Of a stretch of 64,000 bases of DNA, positions 27,645 through 37,792 are shown one piece after another. The first letter of the stretch is position 1. Every line of letters begins with the position of its first letter. Made by a program: the position numbers and the translations under genes. The DNA lies in contig JACPOR010000008.1 in assembly GCA_016191425.1 (NCBI GenBank), positions 13,835 to 77,834 of the forward strand, given 5' to 3'. The notes below the pieces were generated by a model, which ran no database searches, was not told the origin of the DNA, and saw only the letters and a program-made list of their open reading frames with translations. The DNA is from Chloroflexota bacterium (GTDB taxonomy: Bacteria; Chloroflexota; Limnocylindria; Limnocylindrales; CSP1-4).

Positions 27645-28966
27645 CCCTCCAGCGGATTGATGACGAGGCCGGTGATGGCCTTCGGATAGATGTACGTGCT
27701 CTTCTGGGGCATGACGTCACCGGCGGCCGCCACCGCAACCATGTCCGCGGCCGGCGTGGGGTCGAGGAGGAACGCGGCATCGGCGCCTTCGACGCCAGCG
27801 TCAACGAGGGCAACTGCCTCGGCCGCGTCCTTGGTGTAGGTCAACCGGGATCCGCCGGCCACCGCGAGCGCGTCGAGGCCGACGACCGACTCGAGCACGG
27901 CGCCGAGGAGCGAGACGTCGAGATGCCGGACGGCGGTGCCACCGGGCGGCAGGATCGGCTCGAAGGCCGCCCGATCCGCGAGCAGGATCGATCCGCCGCC
28001 ACGGGTCCAGAGCCCGATTCGACCCCCCTCGGCAGGCGCGCCAGCGGAAGCCCGACCAAAAGTGCGAACCAGGTCCCGTGCCGCCACGTGACCCTCGATG
28101 TCGAACAGCGGTGCCAGCCCGGCCCCGAGCGCCGCGAGGCCCTCGGGGCCAAGTCCGCGGACCACGCGGTGCGTCGGCAGCACCACGAGCGGGCCGGCTC
28201 CCGCCTCGAGGAGGAGCATCAGGACGAATTCGAAGCCTGCCTCGTTCTCCGGATCGGCCGGCCCACCGACCCGACGCTCGGCCTGGAAACGGAGTGCCGT
28301 CTCGTAGCGGTGGTGACCGTCCGCGATCGTGAGCGGCGCTCGCGACGCCAGTCCGGCGAGGAGCTCGGCCCGGCCATCCGCCCCGGACGGAAGCACCCAG
28401 AGGCGGTTCCGCTCACCAATCATGTCGGCGACATCGACGACAGGCGGTTCTCCCGCGACGTCCGCCAGGATCTGGGCAACCCGCCCGGTTGCGTCCTCGT
28501 ACACCGCCACCACCGGACTCGTGTTGACGTTGGTGGCACGGAGCAGTCGATAGCGATCTTCGCGCGGTCCCGGCATCGTCCGCTCGTGCGGCAGCACACC
28601 CGTCCCGAACGGCACGAGACCCACCCGCGCGAAGAATCCGCGGCGCACCGACATGGCATCGTCGCCCGGTCGCTGGAATTGCTGTTCGTAGACGTAGATC
28701 GATGGGCGCGCGTCCCGCCCCATGACCCCGTCGCCTCGCCACTTCGACAATAGCCGCCCCGCCCGGCGATACATGTCGTCCGGGTCGACATCGTCCATCT
28801 CCGCCGCCGGGAATTCGAGTCGAACGACGTTGAACGGGCTCCTGGCGAGGAGATCACGGCGCTCGTCGGCGCCGATCACGTCATAGGGCGGCGCCACGAC
28901 GAGGCCGATGTCGCCGACCGCGTCGGCATCATAGCGAAGGGCGCGGAACGGATGAACGACGGGCAC
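27641..28966 (-). CDS. DUF1015 family protein
   Basis: PFRALRY, APPYDVI, VLPHERT, IADGHHRYETAL, MPQKSTYIYPK. Confidence 0.93.
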   Translation of the reverse strand: MPVVHPFRALRYDADAVGDIGLVVAPPYDVIGADERRDLLARSPFNVVRLEFPAAEMDDVDPDDMYRRAGRLLSKWRGDGVMGRDARPSIYVYEQQFQRPGDDAMSVRRGFFARVGLVPFGTGVLPHERTMPGPREDRYRLLRATNVNTSPVVAVYEDATGRVAQILADVAGEPPVVDVADMIGERNRLWVLPSGADGRAELLAGLASRAPLTIADGHHRYETALRFQAERRVGGPADPENEAGFEFVLMLLLEAGAGPLVVLPTHRVVRGLGPEGLAALGAGLAPLFDIEGHVAARDLVRTFGRASAGAPAEGGRIGLWTRGGGSILLADRAAFEPILPPGGTAVRHLDVSLLGAVLESVVGLDALAVAGGSRLTYTKDAAEAVALVDAGVEGADAAFLLDPTPAADMVAVAAAGDVMPQKSTYIYPKAITGLVINPLEG

Positions 28967-29172
28967 ATGCACCTCGAGGCTGGATCCGGGATGGCCGGAT
29001 ACGCCGGCTGCACCGCGAATCAGGTCGATTCGGACCGGGAGATGGCATCTGGATCGTACGATAGGCACGGCCGAAAGGCGACCGACCGCGTGGCCGGTGG
29101 CCGCGGCGCAACTTTTCGGTCCCACCCGGCGTCGATCCTCCGATCACCGAGCCAACCGTTCCGGGAGTCGCC

Positions 29173-31653
29173 GTGCTGCTCGCCAAGTTTCTGGCGCGCC
29201 CCAGCGCCCGCTCGATGCGTACCGCGTCGACGATGCTGCTCGTCCTCGGCGTGCTCCTCGGCCCGCTCGCGATCGTCGCGCACGCTGCAACCCCGATCGA
29301 GATGGGCGCCCGGGTCCTCCTGCAGGGCCACGCCCGCGTCGGCTCGTGGATGGCGATCGAGGTGGACCTGGCCAATGACGGACCCGCCGTCAAGGGCGAG
29401 ATCCAGCTGGCTGGAGGTGCCTCGGGTCGCACGCGGTTCTCGGTACCGGTCGACCTGCCAACGAACTCGCGCCAGTCCTATGTCCTGCATGCGCAGCCGC
29501 CGGCCTTCGGCCGATCGGTGAAGGTCGAGCTCATGGCGGGTGGGTCAACCATCGGCAGCACCGACGTCACGTTCCAGATCCACGACGCCACGCAGCTCGT
29601 GGTCGGTGTGATCGCCGAACAGCCGCAGGGGATCATCGCCGAGCTCAACCTCGATCCCAACCAGGCCGGCCTTGCTCCTTCGATCCTGGCCCTCGGCATC
29701 GCGGACCTCCCGGATCGCCTCGAGGCCTGGGGAACGCTGGACCGGCTGATCTGGCAGGACATCGACAGCAACCTGCTGACAGCCGACCAGCTGGCGGCCC
29801 TGCGCGGCTGGATCGCGGGCGGTGGCCGGCTGGTGATCACGGGCGGGACTGCCGGCATCGGTACGTACTCCGGGTTCCCCGATGTCCTCCTGCCCTACCG
29901 GCCGACCGCCACCGTCGATATCGCGCCGACCAGCCTGACCGGGATCATCGGGGAGATGCCGGCGAACGCCACCGACCTTCCGGCGCAGGGGGGAACCCTG
30001 CGGGCCGGGCGATCGCTGGCCACCTCCGGGGATCGTGTCGTCGCCGCCGAGATGGACTACGGCTCTGGATCGGTCACCGTGCTCGGCTTCGACCCGGCGA
30101 CGTCCTGGCTGGCAGCCACCCGTGACATCGACGCGATGTGGCGCCGCCTCCTGCCCCAGCGGAGCGCGGGTGGTCCCGTGGTCGGATCCGACGACAGCCA
30201 GATCGTCAATGCCGTCAACCAGCTCGCCTCGCTCGCCCTGCCCCCAATCGGCGGGCTGCTCCTCCTCATCGGCGGCTACATCCTCCTGATCGGACCGATC
30301 AATTATCTCGTGCTCCGTCGCCTGGATCGGCGGGAGCTGGCCTGGATCACGATGCCCGTCCTGATCGGCGCGTTCGCAGTCGGGTCGTACGGCTTCGGGA
30401 CGACGCTCCGGGGCACCGACCTGATCGTCAACGAGGTGGCCGTCGTCCGCGGCGCGCCGGGTGCGACCGAGGGAGCGGCCCAGGTCTACGTCGGGATCTA
30501 CTCCCCTGTCCGCTCGACCTATCAACTCGAATTTCGCGGTGGAGCCCTGTTGGCGGCTCCCGCGAGCGGCGATTTCGCCGGCAATGGGGATCCGAACACG
30601 CTGGACATCGTGCAGGGAGATCCGGCCGTCGTCCGAGACCTGGCCGTCGGATTCTCCTCGCTGCGCACGGTGCGTGCCGACGCGCCGGCGTCCGTGCCCC
30701 TCGTCACGGCTACGATCACGTTCTCGAATGGCCTCATCAGCGGCGGCATCACCAACGCCTCGTCGATCACCCTCGAGAAGGTCGCGCTCGTGCTCGGTGG
30801 ATCTGTCGCCGTCATCGGCGACATGGAACCGGGCAGTTCGAAGCAGGTTTCCCTCAGGCCGTCCGGCAACCCCTTCTTCGAGTCCCTGTCGGACCGTATG
30901 TTCGGACAGGTGTTCTTCGGCGATTCCTCGCAACTCACCGACGAAGGGCTCCGGATACGCGTCCGCCGCGCGGTCGTCGACCAGCTAACTTTCGACCCGA
31001 TGTTCGGGACGGTCGGGGCGATCAACGCCAGCGGTCCGGTCATCCTCGCATGGGGCCGGGACGCCGTCCTCGACGTCCAGGTGCAGGGCCAGAGGGCGCG
31101 ACGGAACGCCAACGTCCTGTATTACCTGCCGGTCGGCCTCGATGTCAGCGGCAAGACGACCTTCACCTCGGACCTGATCACCTCGACCGTCGTCTCCTCG
31201 GACGCCGCGTTCTTCAACAAGGATCCATTCTCGGTGAACCTCGGGTCCGGCTCGGCGACCCTGGCCTACCGGCCCATCTCGTTCAGAGGCTCGCTCGCGG
31301 CGTCCGACGTCCAGTTCAGTCTGAACGGCGGCGCCGTGCCGGGAGCGGGCGCAATCCGCATCAAGCCCCTCGATAAGCCGCCGGTCGCCTGCACTGACTC
31401 GACCAACAGCAACCCCGCGGGCTGCGCGCCGCCACGCCTTGACGGGATCCCGGAGATCGATGTCTTCGACGTGGCGGCCGGCGCCTGGGTCCGCCTCCCG
31501 CACCTCGGCCAGGGGGCCATCTATGCTCTCGACGATCCCGCCCCGTTCGTTGACCCCGCCACCGGCCAGATGCTGCTGCGGTTCGTCAATGAATCCGCAG
31601 ACCAGGGGCTGGGGTTCCAGTTCCAGCTTTCGATCAGCGGGGTGATCTCGTGA
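29173..31653 (+). CDS. Large membrane-anchored protein with glutamine-amidotransferase-like domain; start uncertain
   Basis: Signal-like N-terminus, LRGWIAGGGRLVITGG, TM pair YILLIGPINYLVLRRLDRRELAWITMP. Confidence 0.85.
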   Translation: MLLAKFLARPSARSMRTASTMLLVLGVLLGPLAIVAHAATPIEMGARVLLQGHARVGSWMAIEVDLANDGPAVKGEIQLAGGASGRTRFSVPVDLPTNSRQSYVLHAQPPAFGRSVKVELMAGGSTIGSTDVTFQIHDATQLVVGVIAEQPQGIIAELNLDPNQAGLAPSILALGIADLPDRLEAWGTLDRLIWQDIDSNLLTADQLAALRGWIAGGGRLVITGGTAGIGTYSGFPDVLLPYRPTATVDIAPTSLTGIIGEMPANATDLPAQGGTLRAGRSLATSGDRVVAAEMDYGSGSVTVLGFDPATSWLAATRDIDAMWRRLLPQRSAGGPVVGSDDSQIVNAVNQLASLALPPIGGLLLLIGGYILLIGPINYLVLRRLDRRELAWITMPVLIGAFAVGSYGFGTTLRGTDLIVNEVAVVRGAPGATEGAAQVYVGIYSPVRSTYQLEFRGGALLAAPASGDFAGNGDPNTLDIVQGDPAVVRDLAVGFSSLRTVRADAPASVPLVTATITFSNGLISGGITNASSITLEKVALVLGGSVAVIGDMEPGSSKQVSLRPSGNPFFESLSDRMFGQVFFGDSSQLTDEGLRIRVRRAVVDQLTFDPMFGTVGAINASGPVILAWGRDAVLDVQVQGQRARRNANVLYYLPVGLDVSGKTTFTSDLITSTVVSSDAAFFNKDPFSVNLGSGSATLAYRPISFRGSLAASDVQFSLNGGAVPGAGAIRIKPLDKPPVACTDSTNSNPAGCAPPRLDGIPEIDVFDVAAGAWVRLPHLGQGAIYALDDPAPFVDPATGQMLLRFVNESADQGLGFQFQLSISGVIS

Positions 31654-32618
31654 CCACGATCGTGCGAACCGAGGGCCTCGTTAAGCGATATGACCGGACA
31701 CTCGCGGTTGCGGGCGTGGACCTCGACATCGAGGCGGGCGAGATCTTCGGCCTCGTCGGCCCGAACGGCGCCGGGAAGACAACGACGCTCCGGATCCTGG
31801 CGACGCTGCTCGAGCCGACGGCGGGCGAGGCAGAGATCGCCGGCTGGTCCCTGGCCCGGAACCCCAACGAGGTGCGTCGCGTCCTCGGCTTCATGCCGGA
31901 TGTGTTCGGGGTCTACGACGACATGCGGGTCTGGGAGTACCTCGACTTCTTCGGCCGGTGCTACGGCCTGCCGGCGGCGACGCGGAAGCGGGTCATCGGC
32001 GACCTGCTGGACCTGGTGGACCTGGGTGACAAGCGGGACGCGTACGTCCAGGGCCTCTCCCGCGGGATGCAACAGCGCCTGTGCCTCGCCCATGCCCTGG
32101 TCCATGATCCCAAGGTGCTGCTCCTCGACGAGCCCGCCTCCGGGCTGGATCCACGCGCCCGCGTCGAGCTCCGGGAGCTCCTTCGCGAGCTCCGGTCGCT
32201 GGGCAAGACCATCGTGATCAGCAGCCACATCCTCCCGGAGCTCGAGGAGCTCTGCACGAGCGTCGCCATCGTGGATCGGGGCCGCGTCCTGGCATCGGGG
32301 CGTATCTCTGACATCGAGCGACGGCTTCGCGTCGGGGCCGTCCTGCAGGCTCGCGTCCTCGCCGAGGGCGAAGCCCTGGAATCCGCGCGTGCCTGGTTCT
32401 CCGGACAGCCTGACGTGGCGTCGGCGGCCATCCTCCCCGATGGCATGCTGGAACTCGGGTTCCGCGGCGACGAGTTCGGTGCTTCGGCACTCCTGCGCAA
32501 TGCCGTCTCGTCCGGACTGGCGATCGCCAGCTTCTCGCGGGCAGCGAGCGACCTCGAGGAGCTCTTCCTCCAGGTCACCGGGCTGGACGAGCCGGCGGCC
32601 GCGGCGGTGACGGCGTGA
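31650..32618 (+). CDS. ABC transporter ATP-binding protein
   Basis: GPNGAGKTT, LSRGMQQR, LLLDEP, SSH. Confidence 0.96.
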   Translation: MTTIVRTEGLVKRYDRTLAVAGVDLDIEAGEIFGLVGPNGAGKTTTLRILATLLEPTAGEAEIAGWSLARNPNEVRRVLGFMPDVFGVYDDMRVWEYLDFFGRCYGLPAATRKRVIGDLLDLVDLGDKRDAYVQGLSRGMQQRLCLAHALVHDPKVLLLDEPASGLDPRARVELRELLRELRSLGKTIVISSHILPELEELCTSVAIVDRGRVLASGRISDIERRLRVGAVLQARVLAEGEALESARAWFSGQPDVASAAILPDGMLELGFRGDEFGASALLRNAVSSGLAIASFSRAASDLEELFLQVTGLDEPAAAAVTA

Positions 32619-33754
32619 TCGGCCGGATGGCTTCCCGTCGACCGCGAATCGCGCTGCCGGGGATCACGGCGATCCTCGTCAAGGAACTGCGCGGCCGGAT
32701 GCGCGGCAGGCGAGCGTTCGTCTCGGTGACGATCTACGTTCTCATCGTGGCCGGGTTCGCGGGGATGGTCGGCCGGATCCTGGAGGAGAGCGTCCGCCAG
32801 AATTTCGGCTTCAGCCCCGAGTACCAGTCGGCCTCCATCGGGCGTGGGATCTTCATCTCGCTGATGTACCTGCAAACGCTCATGATCGCCGTCCTTGCCC
32901 CGGCCTCGACGGCTGGGACCATCAGCGGCGAGCGCGAGCGACAGACGCTCGACTTGCTTGCGGTGACCCCGATCTCGTCTCTCGCCATCGTGGTCGGCAA
33001 GCTGCTTTCGTCGCTGACCTGGGTGTTCGTTCTCATCCTTGCCTCGATCCCCGTCGCGGCCCTGGTCTTCGTCTACGGAGGCGTGGCACCGGACGATCTG
33101 CTGCGGGGATATGCCCTGCTGTTCGTGACCGCCACGGCCTTCGGCGCGCTCGGGATCTTCTTTTCGGCGCTGGTCCGCCGAAGTGGCGCCGCCACCGGAC
33201 TCACGTTCGTCTCGATCCTCGTCGCCACCGTGGGCCTGACGTTCGTCTGGGTCTTCCTGCGCGTCAGTGTGCCCAACAATCTCGATGGCCCGGGTCTCGC
33301 CGCGAATCGACCGCCCGAGGCCCTCCTCTACCTGAATCCGTTCGTGGGTCAGGCGGACGTGGCCTGTGGAGCGGAGGGCGGGACCGGGTCCTGGTGCTCG
33401 ATCATCGCCGAAGTGACGGGGACGAACCCGTCCTTCGGCCAGCCCGTTCCGGTCGCGCTCGGTGTCGCGCCCGATGGAGGGATTGGCCAGGCCTGTGTTT
33501 CTGACGGGACGACCACGAAGTGCACGAGCGCGGTCGCCGGCCCCGGGCTCGCGGCTCCCGATGCGATCGCTAACGATGTCGTAGCCGATCCGGCATCACT
33601 CCGTGATCGCTACTGGCCGAGGTCTGCCCTGACGCTCCTGCTCGTATCGCTCGGCTTCACGGTCGCGGCAGTCCAGCTCATCACGCCGGCTCGTCGATGG
33701 CGGCCACATCTGCCCGGCCCCAGGCGGCGTCCCCGCGCCAAGGATTCCGCCTGA
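32615..33754 (+). CDS. ABC-2-type permease
   Basis: KELRGRMRG, ISGERERQTLDLL, IVVGKL, multiple TM helices. Confidence 0.92.
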   Translation: MIGRMASRRPRIALPGITAILVKELRGRMRGRRAFVSVTIYVLIVAGFAGMVGRILEESVRQNFGFSPEYQSASIGRGIFISLMYLQTLMIAVLAPASTAGTISGERERQTLDLLAVTPISSLAIVVGKLLSSLTWVFVLILASIPVAALVFVYGGVAPDDLLRGYALLFVTATAFGALGIFFSALVRRSGAATGLTFVSILVATVGLTFVWVFLRVSVPNNLDGPGLAANRPPEALLYLNPFVGQADVACGAEGGTGSWCSIIAEVTGTNPSFGQPVPVALGVAPDGGIGQACVSDGTTTKCTSAVAGPGLAAPDAIANDVVADPASLRDRYWPRSALTLLLVSLGFTVAAVQLITPARRWRPHLPGPRRRPRAKDSA

Positions 33755-35739
33755 TGGCGGGAGGCCTGCCCGACTGGGGTCGAGTGCGCCGCGCCCTGCG
33801 CCGACCAGATGCGCCCGCAGCGGCGTTCCTGATTCCCGAGGACCCGCGGCGGATCCATCCCGGGCCCCTCGACCCTGACCTGGAGCGGCTGCGGATCGAG
33901 CTCAGCCCGCATCGCCGACGGCTGTGGGTTCGTCGTATCGTCCGTCGCGCCTGGCTCACGCTCGCGGCCGCAATCGGCGCCGAGCTCGTGCTCTTCCTCG
34001 CCGGCCGGGCGTGGCCGATCGAAGGTCTCGCGGCCGTCGGAGCGAGCATCCCGATCCTCGCCCTGGTTCTCCTCGCCGCGGCGTCGGCACGAGCCCGTCC
34101 CGGCCTCGGTGAGACCGCGCTCGCCGTTGATCGGGAAGCCCGCCTCGGCGACCGCCTCGCGACCGCTCTCGCCCTCGGCGGTTCCGTCGCCGCGGCGGCC
34201 GGGCCACCATCCGCGGAAGAGGAGGCACTGCCGGCCAACCACGCGGTCGCGCTCGACCTGGCTGGAGAGGAGCAGCGCTTCGTCCGCCGCCAACGACGGG
34301 ATGCGCTCGCGAGCCTGCGCCTGGTCCCGACCACGCTGTTTCGGCCCCGGCTCCCGCGTCGTCCGGGCCTGGCCGTCATCCTCCTCTCAGTTGCCCTGAT
34401 CCCCACGCTCCTGCTGCCGAATGCCCAGGACGCCGTCATCGCCCAGAACCGGGCCATCCGGGAGCAGGCGACGGCGCAGGCCGGGAAGCTCGACCGGCTG
34501 GCGGACCGACTCGCTTCGAAGGGCATCAATCCGGACGATCCGCGGACCCGGCTTGCCAAGGAGCTGCGCGATCTGGCCCGGCAGCTCCGCGACCATCCTG
34601 ACGACCTGACGACGAACCTCGCCAAGCTTGGCGCGGTCGAGGCGGCACTGCGCTCGCAACTCGACCCGGCCAATGAGCAGCGAGCGGCCGCGCTCTCATC
34701 GCTCAGCCGCGGCCTCTCCCGCGCCGCGACCGGCGATGCCAGGGCCAACCCGAACGGCGATCCGACCACGGCCGCCCGGGACCTCGAGGATCTCTCGCGG
34801 AACCTCGACGCGATGACCCAGGCCCAGCTACAGGACCTCGCGCGGCAACTGGCCGAGCTGCAGGGAACGGCGAGTCAGGCGTCGGGCGCATCCGCACAGG
34901 CGCTCCGAGACGCCGCCCAGAGCCTGGCCCAGGGAGACATGGCGGGTGCGAAGTCGGCCCTGGACCGGCTCGCCGAGACCCTCGGTGACGCCCAGAACAG
35001 CGTCGCCCAGAACCGCGACCTCGCAGGTGCGGCCAACCAGCTCCAGGACAGCCGGCGCGACCTCGCCAACTCGGGACGATCGGGCCAGCCCGGCTCGACG
35101 GGCGGACAGACCGGGCAGGGCGGGGCAGGTCAGCCCGGAACCGGGCAGCCGGGAAGGAGTGGCACTCCGGGTAGTTCGGGGCAGCCCGGGGGAAGCGGAC
35201 AACCCGGCAGCGCCGGACAGGGCTCCGGTTCGGGTCAGCGGTCGGGGCAGGGGTCGGGCTCTGGCCAGGGGTCGGGGCAGGGCTCGGGCTCTGGGCAGGG
35301 CTCGGGTCAGGGCTCGGGCTCCGGGACCGGCTCGGGCTCCGGGCAGGGCTCGGGCTCCGGGACCGGCTCGCTTGGCGGCGGGGGATCGAACGCCAGCTAC
35401 CTCGGATCCGGAACCGGCGGTAACGGCAGCGCCGGCGGGCCGGTCAATCCCAACCGACCCTCGGTCCTTGGAGCTGACCTCAGCAGCATCTTCGCGCCGT
35501 TCGATCGCCTCGGGAATCCCGGGGACCCGTCGTACATCTCGGGCGCGGGTGGGTCGGGCCAGGTCACGCAGGGCAGCCAGCAGGGGCCCGGGTCGGATCC
35601 GGGATCGTACGTCCCCTACTCCCAGGTCTTCGGCCAGTTCCAGCAGTACGCCCTTACGTCGCTCGAGCGCGGCTACGTGCCCCTGTCGGTCAAGGATTAC
35701 GTGCGGGACTACTTCAGCTCACTCGATCCTCAACAGTAG
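33754..35739 (+). CDS. Membrane protein with long coiled coil and Gly/Ser/Gln-rich tail
   Basis: N-terminal TMs, DREARLGDRLATAL, heptad-rich middle, GSGSGQ repeats, C-terminal YVPLSVKDYVRDYFSSL. TGATG coupling to the permease. Confidence 0.85.
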   Translation: MAGGLPDWGRVRRALRRPDAPAAAFLIPEDPRRIHPGPLDPDLERLRIELSPHRRRLWVRRIVRRAWLTLAAAIGAELVLFLAGRAWPIEGLAAVGASIPILALVLLAAASARARPGLGETALAVDREARLGDRLATALALGGSVAAAAGPPSAEEEALPANHAVALDLAGEEQRFVRRQRRDALASLRLVPTTLFRPRLPRRPGLAVILLSVALIPTLLLPNAQDAVIAQNRAIREQATAQAGKLDRLADRLASKGINPDDPRTRLAKELRDLARQLRDHPDDLTTNLAKLGAVEAALRSQLDPANEQRAAALSSLSRGLSRAATGDARANPNGDPTTAARDLEDLSRNLDAMTQAQLQDLARQLAELQGTASQASGASAQALRDAAQSLAQGDMAGAKSALDRLAETLGDAQNSVAQNRDLAGAANQLQDSRRDLANSGRSGQPGSTGGQTGQGGAGQPGTGQPGRSGTPGSSGQPGGSGQPGSAGQGSGSGQRSGQGSGSGQGSGQGSGSGQGSGQGSGSGTGSGSGQGSGSGTGSLGGGGSNASYLGSGTGGNGSAGGPVNPNRPSVLGADLSSIFAPFDRLGNPGDPSYISGAGGSGQVTQGSQQGPGSDPGSYVPYSQVFGQFQQYALTSLERGYVPLSVKDYVRDYFSSLDPQQ

Positions 35740-35754
35740 CGCCCGGAGGGACTC

Positions 35755-36768
35755 ATGGAGACGAGCATCATCGATGGCGGCGCCAGCCCTATGGCGCCCG
35801 AGGCCTTTGCCGAACGGGCGAGTGCGATCGAGCGCGAGGTCGGCCGAGTGATCGTGGGCCAGCGTGAGCTGGTCCGCCAGACCGTGACCGCCCTCCTGGC
35901 GAACAGCCATGTCCTCCTCGAGGGCGTTCCCGGTCTCGGCAAGACGATGCTCGTTCGGACGATCGCCGACGTCATCGACTGCGCGTTCAACCGGATCCAG
36001 TTCACTCCGGACCTCATGCCGGCCGATATCACGGGCACGAACATCCTGGTCGAGGAAGGCGGCCGGCGAATCTTCCGCTTCCAGCCCGGGCCGATCTTCG
36101 CGAACCTCGTCTTGGCCGACGAGATCAACCGGGCCACGCCCAAGACGCAGTCGTCGCTCCTCGAGGCCATGCAGGAGCACCAGGTGACGGTTGCCCGGCA
36201 ACGGTATCCGCTCGACGCGCCGTTCTTCGTCCTGGCCACCCAGAACCCGCTTGAAATGGAGGGGACCTATCCCCTGCCCGAGGCACAGCTGGACCGCTTC
36301 CTGTTCAAGGTCCACGTCCCGTTCCCGTCCGAGGAAGACCTCGCGACGATCATCGAGCGGACAACGGGTGTCGACGCCCCCACGGCGAACACGGTTTGCA
36401 CGGCCGCCCAGATCGTGGAGATGCAGCGACTCGCCCGAGCCGTGCCCATCGCACCCCACATCACTGCCTACGCCGTGAGCCTGCTTGCGGCGACGCATCC
36501 GGACCAGCCGAGGGCCCCCCAGATCGTGCGCGAGTACGTCCGTTACGGCGGCTCGCCCCGCGGGGCACAGGCCCTGGTGACGGCCGGCAAGATCTACGCC
36601 CTGCTCGACGGCCGCTTCAACGTTGCGATCGACGATATTCGCGCGGTCGCGCTGCCGGCACTTCGGCACCGTGTCATCCTCAATTTCGAGGGTGATGCCG
36701 AGGGCATCACGACCGAGGCGATCGTCCATTCCATCCTCGACGCGGTCTCCGCACCTGCAGTCGAATAG
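35755..36768 (+). CDS. moxR: MoxR-family AAA+ ATPase
   Basis: LLEGVPGLGKT, RIQFTPDLMPADITG, LADEINR, ATQNPLEMEGTYPLPEAQLDRF. Confidence 0.97.
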   Translation: METSIIDGGASPMAPEAFAERASAIEREVGRVIVGQRELVRQTVTALLANSHVLLEGVPGLGKTMLVRTIADVIDCAFNRIQFTPDLMPADITGTNILVEEGGRRIFRFQPGPIFANLVLADEINRATPKTQSSLLEAMQEHQVTVARQRYPLDAPFFVLATQNPLEMEGTYPLPEAQLDRFLFKVHVPFPSEEDLATIIERTTGVDAPTANTVCTAAQIVEMQRLARAVPIAPHITAYAVSLLAATHPDQPRAPQIVREYVRYGGSPRGAQALVTAGKIYALLDGRFNVAIDDIRAVALPALRHRVILNFEGDAEGITTEAIVHSILDAVSAPAVE

Positions 36769-36797
36769 CCGCCGCGGCGCAGCACGAATCGAAACGC

Positions 36798-37790
36798 ATG
36801 GACGGTCCGCTCGGGAACCCGCAGCCTGCCGATGCAGCCGCGCCGGCCCGGACCAACGCGGGCTCGTCCGGGCACGACAGGGCGCGGCGCGTCCACCTTC
36901 CCTCGGACCTTGACCCCACCGTCTTCGACGAGACGTTCCTGCGTCAGCTGGAGCGCCTCCAGGTCCTGATGCGGGCACCCGTCCGTGGCGGCCTGAAGGG
37001 CGGTCGGCGCTCCGTGAAGCGGGGCCAATCCGTCGAGTTCGCCGACTTCCGCGACTACGCGCTCGGCGATGACCTCCGCCAGCTTGACTGGAACGTCCTG
37101 GCTCGCCTGGAAAAGCTCTTCATCAAGCTCTACGTCGAGGAGGAGGATGTCACGATTTCGTTCCTCATCGACACGTCGGCCTCGATGGGATCGGGACGCC
37201 CGTCCAAGTTCCTGTTTGCCCAACGGGCCGCGGCGGCCCTCGGCTACATCGGTCTCGCCTCGGAGGATCGGGTGGCCGTCACCACCCTTGGAGGCCGGGC
37301 CGGACGACGGCAGGTCGCCCTGCGAGGATCGGGCCGGGTTTTCCGGCTTCTCTCGGCGCTCTCGGCGATCGCGGTGGCGGAAGGCCCGACAGATCTCCAG
37401 GCGGCAGCCCGCCACGCGGGTGCCCAGCTATCCGGTCGCGGGGTCATCGTCCTCCTGTCCGATCTCCTGGATCCGCATGCCGATCGGGTGATCCGCGAGC
37501 TGGCGGCCACCGGATCCGAGCTCATCGTGCTGCACCTGCTCTCGCCGCAGGAGCTCGATCCCGCCCTCGAAGGGGACCTTCGCCTCGTCGACGTGGAAAC
37601 AGGCGACGGGGTCGACGTCACCGTCGATCTCGCGACGCTCGACAGTTACCGGCAGCGGCTCGACACGTGGCGTGACGGGTTCGCCGACCTTGCCGCGCGG
37701 CGTCGGGCGACCTATGTGCCCTTGTCGACCGTCGTTCCGCTGAGCGACCTGATGTTCGCGGAGCTGCGGCGACGCCAGGTGGTGGGCTAG
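36798..37790 (+). CDS. DUF58 (vWA-like) protein
   Basis: GQSVEFADFRDYALGDDLRQLDWN, IDTSASM. Confidence 0.95.
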   Translation: MDGPLGNPQPADAAAPARTNAGSSGHDRARRVHLPSDLDPTVFDETFLRQLERLQVLMRAPVRGGLKGGRRSVKRGQSVEFADFRDYALGDDLRQLDWNVLARLEKLFIKLYVEEEDVTISFLIDTSASMGSGRPSKFLFAQRAAAALGYIGLASEDRVAVTTLGGRAGRRQVALRGSGRVFRLLSALSAIAVAEGPTDLQAAARHAGAQLSGRGVIVLLSDLLDPHADRVIRELAATGSELIVLHLLSPQELDPALEGDLRLVDVETGDGVDVTVDLATLDSYRQRLDTWRDGFADLAARRRATYVPLSTVVPLSDLMFAELRRRQVVG

Positions 37791-37792
37791 CG

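Noticed and set aside
35080-35380. Gly-rich repeats as collagen-like or an array (also GCCGGT/GCCGGG repeats at 39770-39841)
   Set aside because: Low-complexity coding linkers without a sustained Gly-X-Y register.
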